From Ruditapes philippinarum (taxonomy: Eukaryota): a stretch of 64,000 nucleotides of DNA. The notes below the pieces were generated by a model. The model was not told the DNA's origin. It did not search any database and worked only from the letters and a program-made list of their open reading frames with translations. Position 1 is the first letter of the stretch, and the number at the start of each line of letters is the position of its first letter. The stretch spans positions 434,001-498,000 of the forward strand of contig NW_026852468.1 in the NCBI RefSeq assembly GCF_026571515.1, written 5' to 3'. Below, piece after piece: positions 53,401 through 64,000 of this stretch. Made by a program: the position numbers and the translations under genes.

Positions 53401-56400
53401 TAAAAATGATACATGTAGTTTAAGTGGCATGACTATGTATCGAACCAACGACAGCGCGATTATCTGTCCTTCGCTCTACTACTGAGCAATTCAGGAACAC
53501 ATAAAGCCTTACACATAACACTGCGCATTCATTTATTTCTTCAGTCATACAAGAATTCTTAAGCATGGATCTTCTGAAATAAGAAAGTAAAACATCTTAA
53601 AATGATTCTTTGACGCTTTCAAAAAAAAATTAAAAACGATATTTTTGTACAGAGGGAGGCTGATATTGGAGACTGGAATCCGGTTATGAGTGATCCCGAT
53701 AACGATATTGCCACACCTTTAGATACCCACGTGTATACGATGGACTGTGGAGATTATACTCGATATTTCCGTATGAACAGGACTGACGCCTCGATAAAAT
53801 TCTTCACGAAGTTTGATTATGACACGGCCAACTTTACTGGCCCATTTAACTGTATTGTCACAGTAACAGATAAGGCCGGACTAACGGGGACGACAACGCT
53901 AGAGATTGATTTACATGTAGGTTTAATACAATTTAAATGTGTGTGTATGTTTTTTTTATAAAGAGAAGTTTAGTTTAACAGAACTTATTAACAAACAGCA
54001 TACATGACTATATAAGTAAGATATATAAAGAACTGAACTTGACCTGAAGTTATAAAAATAGCATTTATCAAAAAGTTTTGAAAGTATTGATGAAGTTTAA
54101 ATTTTATATTGATGACTTTTGTTTTAATATAAAGATAGCAAAATTATTTTTCGTAGACGACGGAATATCTGCAATAATCAAATACATGTACTTCTAAAGT
54201 GATTTCTCCGAAAATATTCTGATATCATTTTCTGAAACCTTTATTCTAATTTTTTACTGTGCAATGCTTGTTAATTTATGCTTCAAAACTTATTCTTCAG
54301 TAATGCAGTAAAGAGAGCTGATGGTAGAATTTGAAATATCAAATTCATTACCATTCACATTAAAGTAGATTCCTGAATTTGTTACCTAATTCAGTATCCA
54401 ATACATTTTAAATTTTTTAAGCATTTCCTTGTCTTAATATAGACTTATACATTTTTTTAGACTTTTTAATAAAACATTGTGTAAAATCAACTGCAAATGC
54501 CTGATTTGCTGGACATTAAGTATATAATATGATGTAATCAAATGCAAAATGTACAATGAATATCTAATTCGATTGTGGTATACTCAATAGAAGAAAGAAA
54601 AGAAACACACAGAGTGTATTTGCGGATGTTTGTTTCTGAAATATAGAATTAGACATGACAGTAGCTACATCATCTTGGCATGTTCTTATATTTCAGGATA
54701 ACAATGACAACAGACCTATCTTCTTCAGCCAAACTGATAACTATATATTTCAAACACCAAACCTAGAACCGGGTAGATTTGTTGGTCAAGTTACTGCCAC
54801 GGATGGCGACAGATCAGCTGAATATAACCAAATCCACTACAGGATCCTCTCATCACCTTTTCCTAAAGATTTCATTCTGATAAATGACTTTGGTAAAAGT
54901 TCGTTGTTTGTCTGGCTCATCATCGTATTATCTTTGTCGTCGTCATCTTATTTCCATCATCAACTTCGTCGTCGTTGTCATCATCATCATCATGATATCA
55001 TCATTATACAATATCATCATCATATCGTTGTTATTATCATCATACCATTATCATATCGTCATCATGACATCATCATCATTATCATCATCATCATTATCAT
55101 CATTATTATCATCATCATCATTATCATTATCAGTAAATACCATCTCCAGACGTAAAGAAACACAAAGGTTAAAAATTTGATCATTTTTGAAATCTTTTTT
55201 TTTAATATCACTTCCTACACATAATCATCAACGGCAATATCTTACAGACAAATTCTCTGTGAGATGTAAAGTTTTCGAGTAAAAAGCTTGAAAAATATGA
55301 TTTGCCCTTAAAGTTGCTATTGGTCTGTATTATGTTTTGACTTTGTACTTTTTCGTCCTAAGATTATTGTGAGTTAGTTACTATAGAAACTAAAGGGGGG
55401 CGTCCGTGGCCGTGTGGTGAAGGCCTTTGACTTCAAATCACTTGTCCTCTTGAACTCCGTCGGTGTTTCTGCTTAGAATCCCGTCCGTTATTGAAATTAT
55501 TCACGAAGGGGCATCGGACGTCTTCCTCTACCGGTAAAGCTGGAAAGTCGTCATGTGACCTTTACTGCGTTAGTGCCACGTAATACCATATCATTAAGTC
55601 ATAGAAACAGCAAGATTTAAGTGTATGGCGTTTAGCCAAAGGATAATTTTAAGTTGTAAAAGAAAAAGATAAAAGCAATTGAACCAAGTTTTTGTCTAAG
55701 AATGTTTTGATAATCATGCCATGAAATGATTATGTGTACATGTTTGTATTCATAGAATATCTTACATTGTTTAGCAAGCAACAATCGTGTTTAAATCTAT
55801 TACACTTCATCACGGATTCATACAATGCAAATCGTCAGCGGAACATATAAAGGTGACCTGTTGGTATTGATAATTATACATTGCTGTATGAATGTTACGG
55901 GAATGTTTTACTATTGTTTGGCAAAACCTGAATATATACAGCGATGAAAGATAGACGAAAGTAACAGCCTTATAAATTTATATATGAAAGTCTATTTTTT
56001 ATTTCGAATTCTATTCCAAATACAAGTGAATTCAGTTGCAACAGTGATCTTCAAAATAAACATTTAAATCCATGTTACTTGTTTAGCTGTGTAACAAATT
56101 TTTTTTAGAGAGCTTATAATTAAACTAAATAAAACGAAGTGTCCAATTATAGATTTCGTTCTACACATAATGAGCCGCGTCATGACAAAACCAACAAAGT
56201 GCGTTTGCGACCAGCATGGATCCAGACCAGCCTGCGCTTCCGCGCAGTCTGATCATGATCCATGCTGTTCGCTATCAGTTTCTTTACTTGCTATAGGGTT
56301 TGTAAGCGAACAGCATGGATTTTGATCAGACTGCGCAGATGCACAGGCTGGTCTGGATCCATGCTGGTCGCAAACCCCCTATGTTGATTTTGTTGTGACA

Positions 56401-59400
56401 CGGCTCAAATGTTGATAATTATCACTTACAGGAAATATTTACGTGAATGAGTCATGGACGTCTGCGTATTTCTACTATGACGTCTCTTATGTATTGCTTA
56501 TAAGAGCTGAGAACAATGTAGATAGAGACGAACTACGTCGGTCAAATACGGCAACGGTTACCTTATTCATTTCTGGGGTAAGTACGTCATGCAGAACTCC
56601 GAATATTTGTTTACTACCGGTAAGCTTAGATCGTGCCGACTAGTTCAAATAAAATCTTATAAAATATCTATCTTATATTGTAATATGTTGCAGGAAGAAA
56701 TCTATAAATAATTGCACGTTTTTTAAAACACCGAGATGATTGTAAATGAATTGATCGAATTTTTATAGTGTCAAAATACTCATATCTTTATTTCCTATAA
56801 ATTGTAATAAAACTCATTTATATACATGGATTATGTGTTCAATGGACGCTAATTTTCTAAATGAAGATTAACTTACAAATGTCAGTAATTTTAATTTTAA
56901 TCGATGTTTTTCTTCGAGATATTCATTATTTTTGGAAGAAGAAAGTAGAATGTAGAGAAAAATTAAAATGATTAATTGACTCATATGCTTACATGCCACA
57001 GTGCATGGGTGCATTTTCCTAAGCCAGGGTCGGACAAACAAGTGCCAAATGTTGTTTGGTAAAGCCGAACCAATGAACTCTTGCCTTGAATGACCCGTTG
57101 ACTAACAAGCTTTTCTGATCTATATATCTACATTTAATTCAATCTTGGAATAATTCAATAAATGAAATTAGATTCATACCGAATTCGGAAATCACTAGCG
57201 ATTGGCACGGATTTATATAAATCCGTGGTATTGGTGAGGTCGTATATTATCATGAAACATAAGTTCGTTAGATACAAATCGTAGCAGAAAATATGCCGGT
57301 ATAAACAGGGTCCCTTCATGTTCAAACAATATGTCAATCATTATTTTTGTAATGGCACTCGTTATCATTTACCTAGAGTTATCATTTACCTAGACATCTA
57401 CGGTGGTACCAGTGACTACAGACCGACCTTTCACGTTTATTGAGGACAACAGGAACATTGCATGGCTAACAGTGGTTCTTACATTCGGTGTGTTGTTGCT
57501 AGTTATTGTCTGTGGTTTTATGATGATGTACAGTATCCAGATAAAAAGGTTTAGATGGTGTATACCCTGGTGCCGTAAACGTCTGCTGGGATTGAAGAGT
57601 ATGACAAGAAGGTAAGATAAACATGTTGGCAGAATAGTTTAACATAGTGTCCGATGTGGCGTCTGAACTTGTATGAGGTCGATGAAGTATTCAAAATTTT
57701 CACTAGACAACATAAAAAAATGTAATAAATATGTTAGTGTATGATGATAAACAGATGTGGAATTTTTAGTGCCGCAAAAGATATTAGGAATAAAGACTGA
57801 TCAATAACTAAAAGAAGATTTGAGTTAATCGATATTCTAATAAGTATCGATGGTGTCAAATACATGAATTTGTGTCCGAAATGCATATACAAAACTTACT
57901 TTGAAATGGCGGGATATATATAAAGATAATTCTAACACTATCGGAAATTTTTCTTTATAAACAAAGAAGGCCCGAAGCGTGCATTATTCTACAACAATGC
58001 ACTCGCCGTTCTTATTATCTCCCTGTGTATTTTCACATTGAGGGCGCCATTTTGTTTGAAAAATCTGATAAATAAAAACAATTTTTTGTCGAATTTTGTT
58101 GTGAAAACTATCTACAATGAAAGAAAATGGTATAACTAAGAAAATTAATCCGAACACCAATATCTTTAATTCAGTCGTTAACGCTGTACAGACGTTTAAA
58201 GTGTTGTTTACGTGACGTCACAATTTAGCGCCAAACAGCACGTGCAAAACAATCAAATCAAGAACGCTATTTTAATGTCGCAAACGATTTAAGTTTAACA
58301 TTTATTTAACTTTTAATAATTTATATTTCGCTTGAAAAATTATAGAGTTAAATAAAATAAACAAACAAAGTTTTATCAACGTTTTCAAAATTCGTTGTTC
58401 TCAAAATGTTTCTACACACGGTAGATTTAACGACAGTTTTTTTCAACCCACTGGAATAGCCTTTAAAGAACGTTTCTATTGGAAACTCTTAGGCGAAAAC
58501 AAATTTAACCACCAAACATAAAGTCCAACTTTATAATAATAATTATATTTTTTCTTGACGTGTTAAGAATGGAAATAGATATTAATTCTTCGTGCATTAT
58601 TGTACAATAATGCACGTTTTTCGTTCAAATGCTTTGTAATTAATCACTCAGGCCTATCGGCCTTCGTGATTATATTACTGCGCATTTGAACTCAAACCGT
58701 GCATTATTCTACAACAATGCACTCAGAATTGATATCTATTTCCTAAATAAAACATCAAAAGAAAGGTTAACCACGAACAATTTTAGTGAATAAAGCACGT
58801 GTTGCTACCAATGAAAAGTTAAAATTATTATTGCAAGTCAAATCAAGTGTTGATATTGCCTCTGTTGGTAAAGAAATATCTTATAACAACAGACAAGGTA
58901 AATTATTTGGAATTGGATATATATTATTACTTGATAATATAAAATAAAGAAAATAAAATAGAAAAAAAAACAAGAGCGCAAACAATTTGAATGTAAAGGA
59001 GTGAGTTCTGTGAGATAGTTAATAAAAACTACGCCTTTCTTTACCTAGATAACATTTTAAAATACAGAAGTTACTTGAGTCCACAACTGCATAATTATTA
59101 TTCATGGTATTAACCATTTATTGATACTGTAGAGAAAAGAGAAGGTACTACCGTGGTCTACTGCTACAGGAAGAGATGGATGAGATGAATGAAGACTCAG
59201 ATGATGATGAAGATGTTACAACTGCTCTCCAACACAGGGAGGATGATGACGAGGATGCGGCAGCGCCACCTATGTTGTGGGCGAGACTCAAAGCTAAAGG
59301 GGAATTTGTAGCACGTGGTCCTACAGTCAGGAAAGCTGGTGTCCCTCGAGCAGCTGTATACGATGAGCCCAAACCACAACTCAGTAATTTTTATCACATT

Positions 59401-59865
59401 TAATCAAATATTTCGGTCATACATTTTTTACACAAATGTATTCATATAAGATACAATCATGCTTTATTAATATACACATTCATTCAACGTTTTATACTAT
59501 TTTGTGAAGTTATGGGTTACAAAAGTTGTTTGGTTCATAGGACGTGTTATCGTTACTTTGACATCATTATAAAGCATAAACGATTTTGTAAAATTCAATA
59601 ATTAAAATCCTCTAAAACAACTCTATTGTATATCAAATCGCTTCTATCATGTATTTGCCATACATCTTCGATATAGGTATACTTACTTATTTTTCTTTCA
59701 AAACTGTTAAAAGAATGTCATTGTAAGTAATGCACAATGATGCCATGGTCCGTAATTGTTATATTACATTTTATGAATTTTCGTAACATGATATTTATGT
59801 ACATTTCAGAGAAAGAAACGTCGAAGAAATTGATGAAATCTGATTCAGATTTTTGGAACAGTTAA
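38476..59865 (+). CDS. Single-pass cadherin-repeat protein with non-cadherin N-terminal domain. Exons: 38476-38518, 38645-38734, 39330-39506, 39917-39998, 42385-42572, 43266-43445, 43788-43911, 46021-~46184, 46681-46848, 47356-47503, (degraded ~48372-48482), 49104-49292, 49704-49900, 53653-53916, 54697-54892, 56432-56577, 57394-57611, 59133-59383, 59810-59865
   Basis: Signal peptide MKELIVIFAFLVCA. Cadherin motifs NTAPEFTNLP, ADDID, FNYE, NNPPKFTN, ATDAEND, DINDVP, LDYE, NVNEAPYF, FDYD, VTDKAGL, DNNDNRPIF, ATDGD. TM segment IAWLTVVLTFGVLLLVIVCGFMMMY; acidic cytoplasmic tail ending DFWNS*; AATAAA at ~59994. Apparent frameshifts at ~43865, ~46090 and ~47417. Confidence 0.88.
39981..40640. repeat. 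Degenerate ~23-26-bp tandem array (ataatatctcattggatggtaaat) starting at the exon 4/intron 4 junction of the cadherin gene
   Basis: About 25 diverged units with core tatctcatt; the first unit overlaps the exon end and GT donor. Confidence 0.85.
40747..40983. mobile_element. Palindromic (hairpin) MITE, tgagccgcgtca...tgacgcggctca family, copy 1
   Basis: ~90-bp near-perfect inverted arms; near-identical copies at 41717 and 56171. Confidence 0.92.
41093..41370. mobile_element. Fragment of the TACGAAAGAC / TCGTGAAT-repeat MITE family
   Basis: Begins tacgaaagac and carries (a)tcgtgaa repeats as in 9456-9649; a matching opposite end lies at 42277-42317. Confidence 0.5.
41717..41953. mobile_element. 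Palindromic MITE, copy 2
   Basis: Same family as 40747; flanked by the direct repeat ACTATT (41711-41716 and 41954-41959). Confidence 0.92.
42616..42976. other. Assembly gap (N run)
   Basis: Ns in sequence. Confidence 1.
43080..43243. other. Assembly gap (N run), preceded by a (TATG/TA)n microsatellite at ~42990-43065
   Basis: Ns in sequence. Confidence 1.
44376..45262 (-). pseudogene. Decayed, intronless protein-coding remnant, antisense in a cadherin-gene intron; family unidentified
   Basis: Long protein-like minus-strand frames broken by scattered point stops, e.g. YNLLPYFFDSGKSFQQ*FAYWRK*YYG...DIQTKYGSFEG...WAVNWFRTHC...EIPCVDDL...RELEKDLYLNAHD*LAAEISQQRR. The plus-strand ORF 44394-44693 is codon-aligned with it. 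Confidence 0.4.
46276..46365 (-). mobile_element. 3' fragment of a tRNA-derived SINE
   Basis: Reverse complement matches the ctgaggt(c/a)ttcc..cacca..aaagctgga motif seen at 51530 and 55505. Confidence 0.6.
49964..50160 (+). mobile_element. tRNA-derived SINE (5' tRNA-like head and central domain)
   Basis: ggggcgtccgttgccgagtggttaagg (A box) ... ggttcgaatccc (B box), followed by catgtcaggaagctatccagctagcttacggaacgtcggtggttct. Confidence 0.85.
51324..51445. repeat. Two-copy tandem duplication, ~64-bp unit
   Basis: gacataacttgaaa...tttaagtgcg(t/c)taaatgtatgcta occurs twice. Confidence 0.75.
51527..51640 (+). mobile_element. 3' fragment of a tRNA-derived SINE with (AAAC)n-type tail
   Basis: gggcatctgaggtcttcctccaccagtaaagctggaa...gacctatactgtgtcggtgtgacataaaaccca, then aaacaagcaagcaaacaaac. 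Confidence 0.7.
54945..55132. repeat. Degenerate (ATC/ATT)n microsatellite
   Basis: Directly visible; source of the poly-H/I/S ORF tails. Confidence 0.9.
55395..55590 (+). mobile_element. Diverged, internally deleted tRNA-derived SINE
   Basis: The head gggggcgtccgtggccgtgtggtgaagg..ttgacttcaaa matches 49964; the tail cttcctctaccggtaaagctggaaagtc matches 51527. Confidence 0.75.
56171..56407. mobile_element. Palindromic MITE, copy 3, ending 24 bp upstream of a cadherin exon
   Basis: Same family as 40747 and 41717. Confidence 0.9.
58570..58743. mobile_element. Short palindromic MITE (ggaaatagata...tatctatttcc)
   Basis: ~60-bp imperfect inverted arms; one arm motif (cgtgcattattctacaacaatgcactc) recurs at 57978-58004. 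Confidence 0.7.
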
Positions 59866-60120
59866 AGATATACATTACAGAGGCATCAAGTAAACACAGA
59901 CAAAATAATAATATTTATCTTTGAGAAGTAACTAAGATTACCAAGTTCAGGGTCCATATCTAATTAGTGACAGTTATTTTACTAGTGATATTGAATAAAC
60001 AAATTAAGTTTGTTTTGTTTACATTTATAGTTTTAGTTCCTATTAAATGTATTCCAATTGTGTTTGCATGTCTTTTAATTAAGGTGAAGAATACCAATTG
60101 AAAAAAGGACATGCTGTTAC

Positions 60121-61464
60121 CATAGGTAATCGGCGCGTTGATTGGTCACTAACCCGCACCCCCTCCCCCCTCACCCCCACACCCACTCTACAGCCCTCCT
60201 ACCTCTCAAAACCATGTAAAATACAGTATTTTTCATTTGAAACATGTTGTAATATTTGATTTATGCTTTTAATTCAATAACCTTCATTTCCTACAAAAAA
60301 TAAAAAATTGATACATATATATTTAGTAAAGGTATGCAACTCGCCGCTCAATTTTCAGCACTCATCTTAATATGAACTCCATAACTTCAACATTTTTTCA
60401 CCAATTTTCAATATTTTGGTACCAAATGGTAGGGAATTGATTACTCTTAAAGGAATTAAAGTTCTCATTACAATCATTTCAAGTTATAAGAAGATATGTA
60501 ATCTCGAAGTCACCGCAAGTGTAACTCGACAGTGATCTGACCGCTGGGTTTTCTTCAAAATTACCCGACTAAACGGCAGTTTATTCGAAATGAATGCATA
60601 TTTCATTGTATTGCGCATATAAATATGATCAAATTATATCATTATTTGTAATAACTGTTCAATCAAAACAGCTAATAAAACTATAACAAACCTTTTTTCC
60701 GATATGCCAAATTCTCCAATCCAAAATGAAAGTACACATGTATAAACGGAAGCATTCGTATGGAGTATTTTCATTGGTCGTATGAAAACCTTAGACCAAT
60801 GAAAATACTCCGTACAAAAAATGAAGGGGAGAGCACTCTGTAGAACTATTACTTGCATTATAATTTGGAATTTAACATATAGGAAAAAAGGTTTGTTATA
60901 GTTTTATAAGATGTTTTGATTGAACAGTTATTACAAATAATAATATAATTTGATTATATTTATATGCGCAATACAATGAAATATGCATTCATTTCGAATA
61001 AACTGCCGTTTAGTCGGGTAATTTTGAAGAAAACCCAGCGGTCAGATCACTGTCGAGTTACACTTGCGGTGACTTCGAGATTACATATCTTCTTATAACT
61101 TGAAATGATTGTAATGAGAACTTTAATTCCTTTAAGAGTAATCAATTCCCTACCATTTTGGTACCAAAATATTGAAAACTGGTGAAAAAATGTTGAAGTT
61201 ATGGAGTTCATATTAAGATGAGTGCTGAAAATTGAGCGGGCGAGTTGCATACCTTTACTAAATATATATGTATCAATTTTTATTTTTTGTAGGAAATGAA
61301 GGTTATTGAATTAAAAGCATAAACCATATATTAAAACATGTTTCAAATGAAAAATACTGTATTTTACATGGTTTTGAGAGGTAGGAGGGCTGTAGAGTGG
61401 GTGTGGGGGTGAGGGGGGAGGGGGGTGCGGGGGTAGTGACCAATCAACGCGCCGATTACCTATG
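60121..61464. mobile_element. Foldback non-autonomous DNA transposon with ~580-bp near-perfect TIRs and 8-bp TSD (P/Galileo-like or hAT)
   Basis: CATAGGTAATCGGCGCG...CGCGCCGATTACCTATG; arms 60121-~60700 and ~60881-61464; perfect TSD GCTGTTAC (60113-60120 and 61465-61472). Confidence 0.95.
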
Positions 61465-61980
61465 GCTGTTACAGGGAGTGAAAGATAAAGACGTAAATTT
61501 AACAAGATTATGAAAAAGTGAACTTATTAAAAGGTTGTTTGATTTTTTTGGTCAACTTCAAGCTTAGCCTACATTTATTTTAGAAAGAAAAGAAATCACG
61601 AGATAACGTTAATTTCATTTATATATATACATGTATATACACACACATTGTAAAATGAATTTCTTTGAGCCTGTAATACTTTTTTATTAGGTAAAAATTC
61701 AGTCATTAACATCGTATGGGGAATAAAACATCGTATGTGGAATTGAAAGCAACATTACCCCTTTTGACATATTATTGACGTATCAACAAAATGTATATAA
61801 TGCTATGGGAACAGTTTAAAAATAATATATATAGTCATAAATATCTTGTTTATGTGTCACTGAGTTTAGAGTCAATTTTTTCAGTGTAAATGTTTTGATA
61901 GTTACTTTATTCTCTTTGCTTTATTATTGATACTTATTTTTAGTCATAATTGTCATGGTAACAAGTGAAAATGTATACAG

Positions 61981-62955
61981 CTACTCTTGTCTGGCTTCTA
62001 TGTTCTGCGTTATAAGTTCCATAACCGGTGTCACTTGTGACTCGGATCCGCTCTTTTTACTACATCCGTTACCACATAAACAACACCAGACGGTGATGAT
62101 CAAAGCAGAGAGTCCAGTGATAAAACAAAACCCAGCAATCATTCCAATCATCATCTTCGTCTGTGTGCTCTAAAACAATAATAAATAATGCGTCGTTTAT
62201 GAAGGGGACCAGTCAGTCACGTGATCCACAGCAAAACATTTATTTATCACTATAATTTTCAACAACATGATTCATAAAGGAATGTTGATATCTCCTTTTC
62301 TGTACGCAGACACGAACTTATTATATTTTTATTAAATATATACGGAGCTATTTTCTATGTGTATGTGCATTTTAGCCCGTAAAAGGCTTGGTACTAAACA
62401 ACCGTGTTTGTATAGCACAAATTAAGAGTAACGAACGTTTGGAAATGCAGAATTTGCCCCGTATTGTTAGTCCTGGAACAGTTGTTTCACAATCGACCCT
62501 AAACAGTTTTTTAGGAAATGCAGAATTTCCCCCGTATTTTTGGGTCAATTGTTAAACAATCGACCAAAATAAGTTTTTGGAAATGCAGAATTTCCCCCGT
62601 ATTGTTTGGGTCAATTGTTAAACAATCGACCAAAATAAGTTTTTGGAAATGCAGAATTTCCCCCGTATTGTTTGGGTCAATTAATACACAATCGACCAAA
62701 TAAGTTTTTGGAAATGCAGAATTTGCCGTATTGTAAACTGTTACATATTCGACCAAAAAAGGTTTTTGGAAATGCAGAGTTTGCCCAGTATTACTTGCTA
62801 AATTGTTATCGATAAAATGCATGTTTGGTACAAGATAAAAAAAATTAAGGCAGTGTATGTAGTTGATGTTTGAAAAAAAAGAATGTTAAAAATTTGAAAT
62901 ATATTCTTATGAAACTGAAACTTTACCTGACGCTTTTGCTCCTCCGCTGTAACAT
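61981..62955 (-). CDS. 3' end of a single-pass membrane protein gene (exons 62955-62927 and 62169-61981); upstream exons not identified
   Basis: Spliced in frame: DVTAEEQKRQ-STQTKMMIGMIAGFCFITGLSALIITVWCCLCGNGCSKKSGSESQVTPVMELITQNIEARQE*. TM helix followed by a juxtamembrane Cys cluster; canonical AG/GT sites. Confidence 0.7.
62438..62792. repeat. Minisatellite, ~65-66-bp unit (tttggaaatgcagaatttcccccgtattgtttgggtcaattgttaaacaatcgaccaaaataagtt), about 5.5 copies, intronic
   Basis: aaatgcaga recurs at ~62443, 62516, 62581, 62647, 62712 and 62770. Confidence 0.92.
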
Positions 62956-63589
62956 CTGAAACAAAATTTAGAGAAAAAACTTTTTTATGCTGGGATAAAC
63001 TCAACAAAACTTATCAATATGAATTCACATGATTCAGTTAATTCGTCTTTCATTTTTTCCATTTTCATCACAGTTTTTGTATTCTAGTTGTTTAAATTTT
63101 AATAGCATTATAGCAAGAATTTAATTGCGTTTCGTAAATTAATGTATACGTTTTTAATTAAGTTGTTTAATTTGTAAAAATTTCTTGCGTAAAAAATATC
63201 TTTTCTTGAAATATTGTAATTCTACACTTTACTTAACTTACTGTATATGGTACCAATAATGTTGAGTGTAAGTAATTATTTTTGCCACTCAGTTTATTTC
63301 TTAAACTATATGCTCCACTCTGGCATGAGTCAAGTAGTATAACAGATACATGCATAATTACTACAATTAACTAAAATGTTTAAAATCAAAGCACAGAAGG
63401 CGCTGAATTTGTTTGGGTCTCAGAATGTCAGAAAGGTGAAGGTTGTGAGATTATATACCAATTGGTTTTTGTATAGCGCCACCAATGCTTTCCAGCGTTT
63501 AAATTGTAGTAAATCGGCTATAAGACTAATTGCAACACTGATATTCAATTCAATGCTTATTTGACTTAAACAATTTGAAAAAAAATGAG

Positions 63590-63660
63590 TTGCCTTAACT
63601 TGGATTTGACCTCCAGAGGTCTCGCTTCCTAAGCGATGGCGCAAACCCCTCGGCCACGCT
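63590..63660 (-). mobile_element. Degenerate tRNA-like SINE head
   Basis: The reverse complement reads gtggccgagggg-tttgcgcc...ggaggtcaaatcc (A-box- and B-box-like); no intact cloverleaf. Confidence 0.45.
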
Positions 63661-64000
63661 GAAGTTTTATGTTAAAGGCTTGAAGCAAACCATATACTAA
63701 ATTAGGGTTTGTAACCTTATTAATTCCACGCTTACTGTTGTTTAACACAGATGTAAATAATTATGGAGCTTACTATAAGCATGTATATCTACAAAGAAAA
63801 AAAAACAATATTGGAAATCTTCGATAATTCGGGAACTATTTTGCTTGAAAATTAATGCGCCTGGCATTTGACCATCTTTACGCAGTGATCTCCCCTGAAT
63901 TTTCCGGCGTTAGTGTACATATAAAGGGAAGTAACCGCTTCAAAAAAGCGGACTACTTTCGGCAATTGCAATTAACAGCATCAGGGTCTGAAATTTCGCT

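Noticed and set aside
60121-61464. Assembly-induced inverted duplication
   Set aside because: The arms differ at several positions and are bounded by a perfect 8-bp TSD, as expected of a real transposon.
62438-62822. CRISPR array or 22-aa repeat protein
   Set aside because: Units are contiguous tandem copies without unique spacers, vary between 65 and 66 bp (breaking frame), and lie in an intron of a eukaryotic gene; no cas genes.

Overview
AT-rich (roughly 30% GC by eye), intron-rich eukaryotic DNA. The repeat families and gene types suggest a bivalve mollusc, probably a heterodont or venerid clam (inference). Nothing prokaryotic is present. Reading splice sites by hand gives seven gene-like loci: (1) the 3' part of a + strand gene with 14 single-exon TSP1 repeats and a GPI-like tail, with an in-frame TAA in one symmetric exon; (2) a complete 8-exon CRTAC1-like (FG-GAP + ASPIC/UnbV) gene on the - strand with a GPI-like tail and an antisense CR1/L2-type LINE in intron 3; (3, 4) two neighbouring - strand secreted low-complexity genes sharing FDPN and PLDPxG motifs, one strongly Gly/Ser/Met-rich with a furin-type site, which are candidate shell, ligament or adhesive matrix proteins; (5) between them, next to a decayed Tc1/mariner, an intronless disrupted Mab-21/cGAS-like receptor (cGLR) ORF; (6) a ~21 kb + strand single-pass cadherin-repeat gene with a non-cadherin N-terminal domain; (7) the 3' end of a convergent single-pass membrane protein gene. 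Non-autonomous elements are abundant: TAY...RTA MITEs with 6-bp TSDs (IS3EU-like), palindromic MITEs, tRNA-derived SINEs and a 1.34-kb foldback with an 8-bp TSD. Parts of the assembly (about 33-36 kb and 43.8-48.7 kb, plus two N gaps) look error-rich, so frameshifts there may be artefacts.
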